A DNA stretch of 64,000 nt. It comes from an uncultured Eubacteriales bacterium. Its GTDB lineage: Bacteria > Bacillota > JAAYKD01. The notes below the pieces were generated by a model. It made no database searches. It was not told where the DNA came from and was given only the letters and a program-made list of their open reading frames with translations. Positions 45,247-54,947 of the stretch are shown in pieces; within the stretch, counting starts at the first letter, position 1; each line of letters opens with the position of its first letter. The stretch lies in contig CAYRNW010000014.1 in the NCBI GenBank assembly GCA_964425745.1, forward strand, positions 21 through 64,020. Direction: 5' to 3'. The position numbers and the translations under genes are program-made.

Positions 45247-46433
45247 TAAACGTTCCTCCCCTTCCAATCCAATTCACATCCATTCCATTTCGCAAACGCC
45301 TGCAAATCTCGCTGTAAATCTTGCACCATTTCAAGACTGGGCTCCACGCCCTTTTCCCACCATAGGTTCTGGATGTGCATAAGGCCTTCTTTACGACGGC
45401 ATACCGGCTCAATCCGACCTACAATGCGATCCCCATAAAGCATGGGCAAAACATAATAGCCAAATTCGCGTTGCTCGCGCGGTTTATAAATCTCCCATGT
45501 ATAAGAAAAATCAAAGAAACGCTGGATCAATTTTCGGTCCCAAAGCATTGCATCTAACGGGGCTAAAAATTTAAACCGAAAACTATCTTCAATGGGCTCC
45601 GCAGTTTTCTGCCAGAGTGCTTGCTCTTCGCTTCTGTAATAAAAAGGTTCTTGGCTCCCCTCCACCCAAACTTTGCAAATCTTCCCTTCTTCTTGCAAGC
45701 GCTCGAATGCCTTTACCCGCTCTGCGGCTTTCAAATTTTCAATCCCCAACCAAGCGTCCGATGCCTTTGGCCACAGTAATCCAACCGCTCCAATGCGTCG
45801 CAATACTCGCCATGCATAATGGTCTTCATCCAATGGATACGGATCCTTTTGCTCCAACAACGACTTTGGCAGATGATTCTCAGCAAAATCATAGGTTTTG
45901 ACCATGCCTTTTTTAGAATGGATGACCAGTTCGCCCCGGAAATACAGCGTTTCTAAAACTGCTCTGGCTAACGACGACCTACTCCAATACCAATCCACCG
46001 ATCCCTTGTGCCCGATTTCAGCAGAAGACAAAGGCCCTTTAAGATATAATTCTTGGCGAATGATATCGGCGGCTTCATCTACCTCTTGACTGCTTCGGCT
46101 CCGATCTCGATATTTTTGGCGAAAGCGTTCCAGATACGGCCAGTCTTCAACCGGCATAATCGAAAGGTTTTTATCAAAAAAATCAATCAGCTGGCGATCC
46201 TGATACAGCAATTCTCCCAACGCTTCCTTGCCAAACCCTTCTACCCTGGAATAAAGACTCAACTCGGGACTTTTGCCACAAATATCAATCGGATCAAATT
46301 GCAAGCATCCGGTCATGCGGATAAAATCAAGAACCCCTTGCTTTCCCTGAAACGGGGTCTTTCCTAAGAGACCATGACGCAGGAGTAAAAAGCGGCGAGC
46401 TTGGTCCAGACTTACGCTATGATTCAAGAGCAC
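45246..46433 (-). CDS. winged-helix DNA-binding protein of the YcaQ (HTH_42; crosslink-repair DNA glycosylase-like) family
   Basis: Overall resemblance to YcaQ/AlkZ-family proteins (N-terminal ...LDQARRFLLLRHGLLG...); start overlapped by the end of the upstream GGDEF-EAL gene. Confidence 0.5.
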   Translation of the reverse strand: MLLNHSVSLDQARRFLLLRHGLLGKTPFQGKQGVLDFIRMTGCLQFDPIDICGKSPELSLYSRVEGFGKEALGELLYQDRQLIDFFDKNLSIMPVEDWPYLERFRQKYRDRSRSSQEVDEAADIIRQELYLKGPLSSAEIGHKGSVDWYWSRSSLARAVLETLYFRGELVIHSKKGMVKTYDFAENHLPKSLLEQKDPYPLDEDHYAWRVLRRIGAVGLLWPKASDAWLGIENLKAAERVKAFERLQEEGKICKVWVEGSQEPFYYRSEEQALWQKTAEPIEDSFRFKFLAPLDAMLWDRKLIQRFFDFSYTWEIYKPREQREFGYYVLPMLYGDRIVGRIEPVCRRKEGLMHIQNLWWEKGVEPSLEMVQDLQRDLQAFAKWNGCELDWKGRNV

Positions 46434-48768
46434 CGACACGCTCCTTTCTGGCCTGCAAGGGACTTATGTATTGCTGATAAAACTCCTCTGCTGGTAAGGG
46501 ATGACTAAAATAAAAGCCTTGTATTCCGTCGCAACCCATGGCTGTTAGAATCTGAACCTGTCCTTCCCGCTCCACACCCTCTGCGATGGTACGAATTTTT
46601 ATAGTTTTTGCCAGATTAATCACCGATTGAACGACCTGGCGGTCAAACTCATCGTGAATAATGTTGTCGATCAAGGGCTTTGCTATTTTAATGGTGCCGA
46701 AGGAGAAGTCTTTCAACGCCATCAGGTTGGAATACCCCGTACTGAAATCGTCGATTGCTACAGCAATACCAAGACTCTGTAAATCGTGCAATAATTGTTC
46801 GGTCGCGACCCCACCTTCCATGGCAACTCTTTCTGTAATTTCAAGCTCAAGCCACTGCGACTGCAATTGATATTTCTCCATTTTCTCACGAACCGACCTC
46901 GAAAAATCATGATATTCCCATTGCTTGGGAGATACGTTGATTGACATCCGTAAATCCAAGCCCCCTCTTTGGTTCCATAACGCAAGCTGCTGAAAAGCTT
47001 TATCTAGGACCCAACCACCAATCGCCAGAATATCATTGGTCTCCTCTGCTAGAGGGATAAACTCATTGGGAGAAATCATGCCATCTCGCGGATGTTTCCA
47101 GCGCAACAACGCTTCCATACCCAGCAATTCTCCGCTCCCCAGTGAAATCAGCGGTTGGTAGCACAAACTGAACTCCTTATCGGGGTCAATGTTTCGCAAA
47201 GACATTTCAATATGATTTCTACGATCCAGCTCGCGGTTTAGATCCGGATTCGAACATACAATTTGATTATTCCCCTGCTTTTTTGCTTGATACATGGCCA
47301 TATCGGCATTTTTCAATAATTGATTTGCTGTTTTGGCATCCTGCGGATAAAAAGAAATCCCAATACTAGCCGTAATGGAAAAGATTTGCTCTCCTACTAC
47401 CAATCCTTTACAGCATTTATCAAGCATCATTTCTGCCATCTCAATCGCTTGTCGGGCTTCCCATGTTCCTTTCGTAAGACAAACGAACTCATCCCCGGAA
47501 AATCTCGCAATACTTCCTTGGTTGTGACAACACTTTTTTAACCGATCTGCAACTTCAATCAGGACTTGGTCTCCCACATCGTGACCATAGGTATCATTGA
47601 TGGTCTTGAATCGATCGAGGTCCAAGAAAAGCAAGGCAATTTGCTCTCCCTCTTCTCGTTGCTCGATATAGTTTTGAAGCTGCTCCATAAAGAAGCGGCG
47701 ATTGCCAAGATTGGTCAATTCATCGTGAGATGACAACTCTTGGTACTTTCTTTTGCTTTCTTCTAAATCTTTGGTGCGTTGCCGAACCCGTTCTTCCAAA
47801 ACCTGCTGACCATGCCTTAACAAGACTTCGTTGCGTAAGGACGCCTGTACATACCCACTCATGCTGATATAGATGACAGCAAAGAAGATATTGTTGAGTA
47901 GCATCCCGAGATCAGGACTGCCTAAGGTTAAAAGCACAAAAGGGTTTAATAGTGCATATCCCATACGAATCCACCGAAAAAGGCGCTGCTCCGCTCTAAT
48001 CTCGTGGATTTTACCTTGCTCTGTATGGGGGTGATAATAGAGAGCCCCCATGGCAAAGAGAAGTAACGAAGCCATATAAGCCGCATCGACTGGGGAATTG
48101 GGGGTATAACGCTGATATAAGCTCAAATACGCCCAAATTAAATCAACTATAACGTAGAAAAAGCACCCCAATGCCAACAGCGTTTTCCATAGTTGAAATT
48201 CTTCTCGACGCATCGCAAGAGCATTGGTGGAAACACCGACTAAAACGACAGCATCTAAGAGCATAAAGATACTGAAAGTCAAACCCATCTCCCTCAGAAG
48301 CGGTGCCGCCTGCCAGCTCCCTCGGAAGAAAACTAGCCATAGAAAAGTCATGGTAAAATAGGTCACTGCGACTGCATCAAGACCATATTGAACCAGCCAC
48401 CATTTTTCGACCCGTTGACGGGTGATCTGAAGGGTATAGAGAACCAAAAAAACATTGGTTCCCCCATATACTAAGCTCAACCAAGACCATGCAAAAGGAT
48501 CCACTTTCAGAACCCAGCGTGAAGCAAACCAAATCAAATCTCCTGTCACATGACACCCAATTGCAAAAATCAATAACGCCCAAAGGTTGCGCATCTCTTT
48601 TTTGATTTCAGTTTTCCACGTATGAATCAAAACCAAAGTAGCCACGGAACCCCCCAGAGCAGACAAAAAATCTCCCCAAAATTGATAATGCTGCACTGTT
48701 ACAACGGTATACACCGCAAAATAAAGGAGAATCGCAATCGTTCCCTTCTTTTTGCTGGAAGACAACAT
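46417..48768 (-). CDS. membrane sensor with GGDEF (SGDEF variant) and EAL domains (783 aa)
   Basis: About 8 N-terminal TM helices; RFSGDEFVCL; EAL motifs (EALLRWKHP, QPLISL, DDFSTGYS). Confidence 0.85.
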   Translation of the reverse strand: MLSSSKKKGTIAILLYFAVYTVVTVQHYQFWGDFLSALGGSVATLVLIHTWKTEIKKEMRNLWALLIFAIGCHVTGDLIWFASRWVLKVDPFAWSWLSLVYGGTNVFLVLYTLQITRQRVEKWWLVQYGLDAVAVTYFTMTFLWLVFFRGSWQAAPLLREMGLTFSIFMLLDAVVLVGVSTNALAMRREEFQLWKTLLALGCFFYVIVDLIWAYLSLYQRYTPNSPVDAAYMASLLLFAMGALYYHPHTEQGKIHEIRAEQRLFRWIRMGYALLNPFVLLTLGSPDLGMLLNNIFFAVIYISMSGYVQASLRNEVLLRHGQQVLEERVRQRTKDLEESKRKYQELSSHDELTNLGNRRFFMEQLQNYIEQREEGEQIALLFLDLDRFKTINDTYGHDVGDQVLIEVADRLKKCCHNQGSIARFSGDEFVCLTKGTWEARQAIEMAEMMLDKCCKGLVVGEQIFSITASIGISFYPQDAKTANQLLKNADMAMYQAKKQGNNQIVCSNPDLNRELDRRNHIEMSLRNIDPDKEFSLCYQPLISLGSGELLGMEALLRWKHPRDGMISPNEFIPLAEETNDILAIGGWVLDKAFQQLALWNQRGGLDLRMSINVSPKQWEYHDFSRSVREKMEKYQLQSQWLELEITERVAMEGGVATEQLLHDLQSLGIAVAIDDFSTGYSNLMALKDFSFGTIKIAKPLIDNIIHDEFDRQVVQSVINLAKTIKIRTIAEGVEREGQVQILTAMGCDGIQGFYFSHPLPAEEFYQQYISPLQARKERVGALES

Positions 48769-48908
48769 TGAAATCCCCCCTCGGTTTTTAAATTAATCAC
48801 CCTTAACAGGGAAAATATAACACATTCTACCTTTCGGCGCAATAGAAAAAAGACACCTTCTCCCAAAATCGGAGAGGGTGTCTCAATTTTACCTCTTTAA
48901 CAACTCCA

Positions 48909-50117
48909 CTATGCTGCTTTGAAGTCGTTACGTCCTTTACGCTCATAGATGAGAGCAAACACCGTTGCAACCCCAAGGGCAATCAGAGTCAACGTAAAAG
49001 GCAGTTTAGGACCGATTGTATACAACGCCCCAGAGGCAAACGAACCAAAAATCGATCCTAAAGATTTCATAGCGTTATAAAAACCCATGACCAAATTACT
49101 TTCCTTGCCTACGGCTTTCTGAGAAACCAGTGCTTGAACGACCGGCATGGAAACCGCATTGAAAGCAAAGAAGGCGATGTTGATCAAAATGAAAGGAACA
49201 ACAGCATCTACCACAACGATTCCAGCCATTGTGACCGTACATATGGCGAGAACACCAATGATGGATTTGCGAATATCGGTCTTATTAATGATCCACATGG
49301 CAATGGTCGTATTCGCCGCCAACGTGATCAATCCCATGGCTCCTTTTAACAAACCATTATAACCGGAACTAAAGCCAAAAACGTCTTTGATATAATAGTT
49401 GAAGGAATGGTCAAATGCGGTAAATCCCAAGCTGTGCATCATCACCATGCCAAACAGGAAGGCTAAAATCCAGTTTAAAAATTTGCGGCTGTCTAAAAAA
49501 GCCTGGAAGGGATTTGCTTGAACCGCCAGCTGCTTCATATTGAGCGAACTTAACGGAATTTTGGTGTCATCCTCACAAAGGAAGAAAAATATGAAGCCGC
49601 AGGTTGCTAAAATAACGACTTGAGCAACAATGGCCAAATAGGTATGGATCTCACCCAATAAGCCACCAGTCAGAAATCCGAATGCACTGCCGACCGATTG
49701 AATGGTCGCCAAGACCGTTAAGTCTCGCCCTCTTTGCCGTTCGTCACCAGCCGTATTAACAACATAGGTCAAAACACTGACAAAGGTCGCCCCTGTAAAA
49801 GCGCCGGTAAAAGCTCTCGCCAGAATAAAGTGAAGTTCTGTTTGAGCAAGGCCAAAAAAAGTTTGACCTAAGGCATAGCCTAGACAGCCGATTAGTAATC
49901 CTTTACGACTGGAGATATAGGTATTGATTTTCCCCCAAAACGGAGATAATAAGAAGTTGACGATCATCATTGAGCCCAAAGCAACTCCGAACATATAATT
50001 GCCGAGGTTCAAACTCTTGAAGATGGTGGGGGTCACCGGGTGCGCGAAACTGGCTGCCATATTCAAGAGCACAACCGTTGCAAAAAAGAAGATTCTGGGG
50101 GAACTTTTTCGTTCCAT
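48909..50117 (-). CDS. MFS transporter (402 aa)
   Basis: 12 TM helices, MFS topology; TGGAGG RBS. Confidence 0.8.
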   Translation of the reverse strand: MERKSSPRIFFFATVVLLNMAASFAHPVTPTIFKSLNLGNYMFGVALGSMMIVNFLLSPFWGKINTYISSRKGLLIGCLGYALGQTFFGLAQTELHFILARAFTGAFTGATFVSVLTYVVNTAGDERQRGRDLTVLATIQSVGSAFGFLTGGLLGEIHTYLAIVAQVVILATCGFIFFFLCEDDTKIPLSSLNMKQLAVQANPFQAFLDSRKFLNWILAFLFGMVMMHSLGFTAFDHSFNYYIKDVFGFSSGYNGLLKGAMGLITLAANTTIAMWIINKTDIRKSIIGVLAICTVTMAGIVVVDAVVPFILINIAFFAFNAVSMPVVQALVSQKAVGKESNLVMGFYNAMKSLGSIFGSFASGALYTIGPKLPFTLTLIALGVATVFALIYERKGRNDFKAA

Positions 50118-50151
50118 GATTGATCGGCCTCCAAATCATTTGAGAAAGATA

Positions 50152-51549
50152 CTATTCCTCTTCCCGCGGGAATACCGGATACGGATGTTGCAGGAAGGAT
50201 TCATAGACAATTCCATCGGTTGCTTTTACAAATTCCTCTTTGGCCGCTTTGACCAATTCAGGATCTTTTAAGAATTTTAAACCCGCGACTGCCATGGCTT
50301 TCGCAGCATAAATCATTCCTTTATGCCCTACCGAACTGGCAGAAGAAGCGGTCACCATCCAAGAATGTCCGGGGATCGCCCACGGGTTGGTAGCAGTGCC
50401 AAACATCACGGTCGGGCAGTTCCAGCTGACGTCGGCCACATCGGTTGAACCGGCCATAGCCGTACCCTTGCCGGAGGGTTCTTTAACCTCCGTACACAAA
50501 GGCATATCCAAGGATACCCCTAATCGCGCTGCTTTTTGTTTGCGTTCGTCTTCGTTAACATGGGACGATAATTTTCTGGCAAATTCCAAATCGGCTTCGT
50601 CCCAAGGTTCCGGACCCACCTCGACCAAAGCATCGTGCATCGCCATGGCAACGACTTCGTTGGGAAGAGTATTCCAAACGCCGCTCTCTAACAGGATATC
50701 GACTTCGGTCTCGGTCATCATAGCTGCCCCACGTGCAATTTTTTTCACACGTTCTACAATATCTTTCAGGGCTTGCACATAAGGAGCCCGAACAAAATAC
50801 CACACCTGAGCGCGGTCGGGTACAATATTCGGAGCCATGCCGCCATCGGTAATCACATAATGAATGCGGGCCTGGGTGATCACGTGTTCACGAAGGTAGT
50901 TACTACCCACATTCATCAGTTCAACCGCATCTAATGCACTACGGCCATTGTGTGGATCCCCTCCGGCATGAGCAGTACGTCCTTTGAAGGTGAATTTCAA
51001 AGAATTGTTGGCGTTCGAGCTGTTCAGTTGAACCCCGTTGACACTACCCGGATGGTAGGCAAAGGCAATATCCACATCGGCAAAGAGCCCGTGTTTCGCC
51101 ATCATGGCTTTGGCACTGTAATTTTCTTCGGCCGGGCAACCATAATAAACAATGGTTCCACTCAGTCCCTGTGCTTCCATCTCTTCTTTTAATCCCAGAA
51201 CGGCACCTACACAGGCCACGCCCAAAAGATTATGTCCACAACCATGACCGGGAGCCCCTTCTTTGACTGGAATTGGATCTGCGCAAGCTTGATTGCTCAA
51301 GCCCGGCAAAGCATCGTATTCTGCTAAAAATCCGATAATGGGTTTACCCGAACCCCAACTGGCGGTAAAGGCGGTGGGAACACCGGCCACATTTTCTTCA
51401 ATACGAAATCCCTTGCTTGCTAAATAATCACGACTAACATCGGCAGATTTGTACTCTTTCAAACTTGTTTCGGCAAAGCTCCAAATTTGATCACTGAGCT
51501 GGGTCAATTCATTGCGAACGGTTTCAATGGCTTTCAATGCTTTCTCCAT
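50152..51549 (-). CDS. M20-family amidohydrolase (AbgB / aminobenzoyl-glutamate utilisation-like)
   Basis: M20D metal-binding blocks (GCGHNLLG, histidine/glutamate ligand regions); start MEKALKA with AAGGGAGGG RBS (track ORF from 51582). Confidence 0.75.
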   Translation of the reverse strand: MEKALKAIETVRNELTQLSDQIWSFAETSLKEYKSADVSRDYLASKGFRIEENVAGVPTAFTASWGSGKPIIGFLAEYDALPGLSNQACADPIPVKEGAPGHGCGHNLLGVACVGAVLGLKEEMEAQGLSGTIVYYGCPAEENYSAKAMMAKHGLFADVDIAFAYHPGSVNGVQLNSSNANNSLKFTFKGRTAHAGGDPHNGRSALDAVELMNVGSNYLREHVITQARIHYVITDGGMAPNIVPDRAQVWYFVRAPYVQALKDIVERVKKIARGAAMMTETEVDILLESGVWNTLPNEVVAMAMHDALVEVGPEPWDEADLEFARKLSSHVNEDERKQKAARLGVSLDMPLCTEVKEPSGKGTAMAGSTDVADVSWNCPTVMFGTATNPWAIPGHSWMVTASSASSVGHKGMIYAAKAMAVAGLKFLKDPELVKAAKEEFVKATDGIVYESFLQHPYPVFPREEE

Positions 51550-51656
51550 GACACACCCTCCCTTAAGTTTTATCTTATTCATTTACGCTTTTCACTGAGG
51601 AATTCCTGCCCAAGATTAGAAGGTTTCCCGAAGGATTCGCCTACCTTTTACATCAT

Positions 51657-52226
51657 TTGGCAGGGTTTTGTCCTCGGGTTCGCGAAATAGCACGGAAAAG
51701 AGAGAAAGAGGTGTTTGCGTTGACCGATGAAGCTAAAAAAATAATTCCTTCCGAAATCGAAGCTGCCTGGACCGCCGATGTCCGGTTAGCCGTGCGTCGC
51801 ATGGCGTTGCTTTATCATTCCATGACCACCAATCTGATTGCAGCACTCGGGGAAGAAGAAGCGAAGAAGTTGACCGATAAAATCGTATGGGATTATGGCA
51901 CCTTGTGTGGCCAGGCAGTGCGTGAAGCTGTATTGGCCCAGGGTAAACCTTTAACCTATGAAAATTTCCGTTCAATTCCCGATTTGCCAAGTAAAGGTTG
52001 GGAACACGGCAGCTACACCGATGAAGCCGGCCAAACTCATGCAACCGTCTCCTACTGCCCGGTTGCCGATGTATTTGCCCAATATAAAACACCGCTGGCA
52101 CGAAGTTATTGCTTGGTTGACCCCTCCAAGTATGAAGGTTATGATCCCGAGCATACCATGCGACACGCCAAACACGTCATGGATGGAGATGGCTTTTGCT
52201 GGATTGTAGTTGAGAAAAAGCAATGA
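51657..52226 (+). CDS. hypothetical protein, possibly L-2-amino-thiazoline-4-carboxylate hydrolase-like; start may be TTG near 51720
   Basis: ORF whose stop overlaps the kdpD start (ATGA); conserved Cys/His residues; weak family call. Confidence 0.4.
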   Translation: MAGFCPRVREIARKREKEVFALTDEAKKIIPSEIEAAWTADVRLAVRRMALLYHSMTTNLIAALGEEEAKKLTDKIVWDYGTLCGQAVREAVLAQGKPLTYENFRSIPDLPSKGWEHGSYTDEAGQTHATVSYCPVADVFAQYKTPLARSYCLVDPSKYEGYDPEHTMRHAKHVMDGDGFCWIVVEKKQ

Positions 52227-54196
52227 AACCGAATCGCTCTGAACATATTTTGATTTGTTTATCGGGGGCTCCCTCCAATGCACGAGTTATTCGTGTTGCT
52301 GCCGATATGGCCTCTGCCTTACAAGCCCCAATGACAGCTTTATATGTTGATCATAAACCCATGGATCCGGCAAGTCGTTTACGATTACAAGATCATTTAA
52401 AGCTGGCAGAAAGCTTAAACGCACGAATTGTAACCGTCCATGGAGAGAACTTAGCAGTTCAGCTGGTGGAATATGCCAAACTCAGTGGTGTCAGTAAAAT
52501 TGTCTTAGGACAATCGGGTCGCACAACGGGGTTTACACTCCGTCGCAAGAGCTTAGCCGATGAAGTCATGCTTCTGGCACCCCATTTGCAACTCTACATT
52601 ATACCAAATACTCCAGATGCAAACGAGGAAGCAGAAGAAACCCATTGGCGATTCCACTGGCAAGATGCTGCCAAAGCTATTGGGATCCTCGCATTGACGA
52701 CCCTCGTTACACAGATCTTTGATCGTGCCGGATTCAGTGATGCCAATATCATCATGGTTTATTTATTAGCAGTGATGCTGACCGCAATGGTAACCAATGG
52801 TCGCTTTTATGGAACTGCCGTTTCCTTAATCAGTGTCGTGCTGTTCAACTATTTGTATACCGAGCCGCGATTCACTTTGCGCGCCTATGATGCTGATTAT
52901 CCGGTCACCTTCTTGGTCATGTTTGTGGTTTCCTTTTTGGCCGGAACTTTGACGATGCAGGTAAAAAGTCAAGCCAAATTGGCGGCAACCAAAGCATATC
53001 ACACGCAAGTCTTGCTAGAGACCAGTCAGAAATTGCAACAGGCCGATAGCGAAAAGGAAATCCTGATTGAGACCGCTCGGCAACTTGAGAAACTACTGCG
53101 TTGTGCTGTCTTGATTTATCCAATTCGCAAAGGTGAGTTATCTCCCCCGCTCTATGTCAGGCAACTGCAAAGTAGCGAAGTACCGGATAGGTTTCTTTCC
53201 GACCACGAAAAAGCTGCAGTCGCTTGGGTATTCACCCATAATCACCAAGCCGGAGCCACGACCCAACAATTTCCGCAGGCTCGTTGCTTGTATCGTAGTG
53301 TCCGAAATCATGACCGTATCTTTGCGATTTTTGGTTTAGCTTTAGAAAGCCGGGCCATCTTAGACCTTTTGGAAAAAGACTTGTTGACTGCCATTTTTAG
53401 CGAGGCAGCAATGGCCTTGGAAAAAGAAGATCTAAACCGCCTCAACACACAAATCACCATCACCTCACAACAAGAACAATTGAGGGCAAATTTACTTCGA
53501 AGCATTTCACACGATTTGCGCACCCCACTCACCAGTATTTCCGGTAATGCCGACTTTCTCCTCAACAATTCCGAAGAAATGGATTACGATAAACACCTCG
53601 CTTTTTATCGAGATATTTATGAAGACGCGATGTGGCTCAACAATTTGGTTGAAAATCTCTTATTCATTACACGAATTGAAAACGATACCATGCAACTCAA
53701 TCTTCAACCCGAATTGCTCAGTGATATTGTTGAAGAAGCTTTATCCTATGTTCAACGGCGAAACAGCAACCATTATATTGAGGTCGACTTAGGCGAGGAA
53801 CTGCTCATGGCACGCATGGAATCTCGCTTAATCATTCAAGTCGTAATCAATCTTTTGGATAATGCTCTCAAATATACACCGGCAGGCTCTCACATTAACA
53901 TTCGAGCCTTTCGAGAGAATTCATGGATTCATCTGGTGATTTCTGATGATGGTCCGGGTATTGATGATGGTACCAAAGCCCATCTGTTTGAATTGTTTCA
54001 CACCGGACCCAAACTTTCGGCAGATGGTCGTCGTGGATTAGGTTTGGGGCTAGCACTTTCCAAATCCATTATAACGGCCCATGGAGGTACCATTGAGGTT
54101 CGGGATCGAATCCCCCATGGCGTAATCTTTGAGTTCAGTTTACCGGCAGAGGAGGTGACATATCATGGAGAAGAAAGGGAAAGTATTGGTTATTGA
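52223..54196 (+). CDS. kdpD: KdpD-type sensor histidine kinase, short form (Usp-TM-GAF-HisKA-HATPase; lacks the N-terminal Kdp-sensing domain)
   Basis: Usp-like N-terminus (ILICLSGAPSNARVIRVAADMA), 4 TM helices, GAF, H-box (SHDLRTPLTSI), N/G boxes. Confidence 0.8.
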   Translation: MKPNRSEHILICLSGAPSNARVIRVAADMASALQAPMTALYVDHKPMDPASRLRLQDHLKLAESLNARIVTVHGENLAVQLVEYAKLSGVSKIVLGQSGRTTGFTLRRKSLADEVMLLAPHLQLYIIPNTPDANEEAEETHWRFHWQDAAKAIGILALTTLVTQIFDRAGFSDANIIMVYLLAVMLTAMVTNGRFYGTAVSLISVVLFNYLYTEPRFTLRAYDADYPVTFLVMFVVSFLAGTLTMQVKSQAKLAATKAYHTQVLLETSQKLQQADSEKEILIETARQLEKLLRCAVLIYPIRKGELSPPLYVRQLQSSEVPDRFLSDHEKAAVAWVFTHNHQAGATTQQFPQARCLYRSVRNHDRIFAIFGLALESRAILDLLEKDLLTAIFSEAAMALEKEDLNRLNTQITITSQQEQLRANLLRSISHDLRTPLTSISGNADFLLNNSEEMDYDKHLAFYRDIYEDAMWLNNLVENLLFITRIENDTMQLNLQPELLSDIVEEALSYVQRRNSNHYIEVDLGEELLMARMESRLIIQVVINLLDNALKYTPAGSHINIRAFRENSWIHLVISDDGPGIDDGTKAHLFELFHTGPKLSADGRRGLGLGLALSKSIITAHGGTIEVRDRIPHGVIFEFSLPAEEVTYHGEERESIGY

Positions 54197-54887
54197 AGAT
54201 GACAAGGCGATTCGCAATCTCATGGCAGCGACCCTTGAGAGCCGTGGCTACTCCTATGTCTTTGCTGAAACCGGTCAGGAAGCCTTACTAAAAATTACTG
54301 GTGCCGCTCCGGATCTCATCATTTTAGACCTTGGTTTACCCGATCTCGATGGTATTGAAATCATTCGAAGGGTCCGAACTTGGTCCAAAATCCCAATCAT
54401 TGTGGTCAGCGCTCGAAGTAATGATAAAGACAAGGTTATGGCCCTGGATGAAGGAGCAGACGATTATCTGACCAAGCCCTTCAGTGTAGAAGAACTCTTG
54501 GCCCGAATCCGGGTCGCTTGGCGCAGAATTCAAGACACCCTACATTCCTATGAAACCACGGAATCCTCTTTCTGCAATGGCCCTTTGGAAATCGATTATC
54601 TCAGTCGCGCTGTCAAAGTTGAAGGTGTTGAAATTCATTTAACACCGATTGAATACAAGTTGTTGACCTTATTAGCGAAAAACATTGGCAAAGTGTTGAC
54701 CCATAATTACATTCTCAAAGAGGTGTGGCAAAATTACCTGCCCAATGATACCCCTTCTTTACGCGTTTTCATGGCAACCTTACGAAAAAAAATTGAACCT
54801 GCTGCCCAAGCAACCAAGATGATCCAAACTCATGTCGGAGTTGGCTACCGAATGATCCGAAGAGAAGAGGATGAAATGAATCCCTAA
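54165..54887 (+). CDS. kdpE: OmpR-family response regulator (KdpE-like)
   Basis: Receiver (KVLVIEDD, LIILDLGLPDLDG) and winged-helix output domains; overlaps kdpD by 32 nt. Confidence 0.8.
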   Translation: MEKKGKVLVIEDDKAIRNLMAATLESRGYSYVFAETGQEALLKITGAAPDLIILDLGLPDLDGIEIIRRVRTWSKIPIIVVSARSNDKDKVMALDEGADDYLTKPFSVEELLARIRVAWRRIQDTLHSYETTESSFCNGPLEIDYLSRAVKVEGVEIHLTPIEYKLLTLLAKNIGKVLTHNYILKEVWQNYLPNDTPSLRVFMATLRKKIEPAAQATKMIQTHVGVGYRMIRREEDEMNP

Positions 54888-54947
54888 TCTTTCCCCCTTA
54901 AGCAAAAGAGAATCTCCTCACAATGAAGAGACTCTCTTTTTTTGCGA

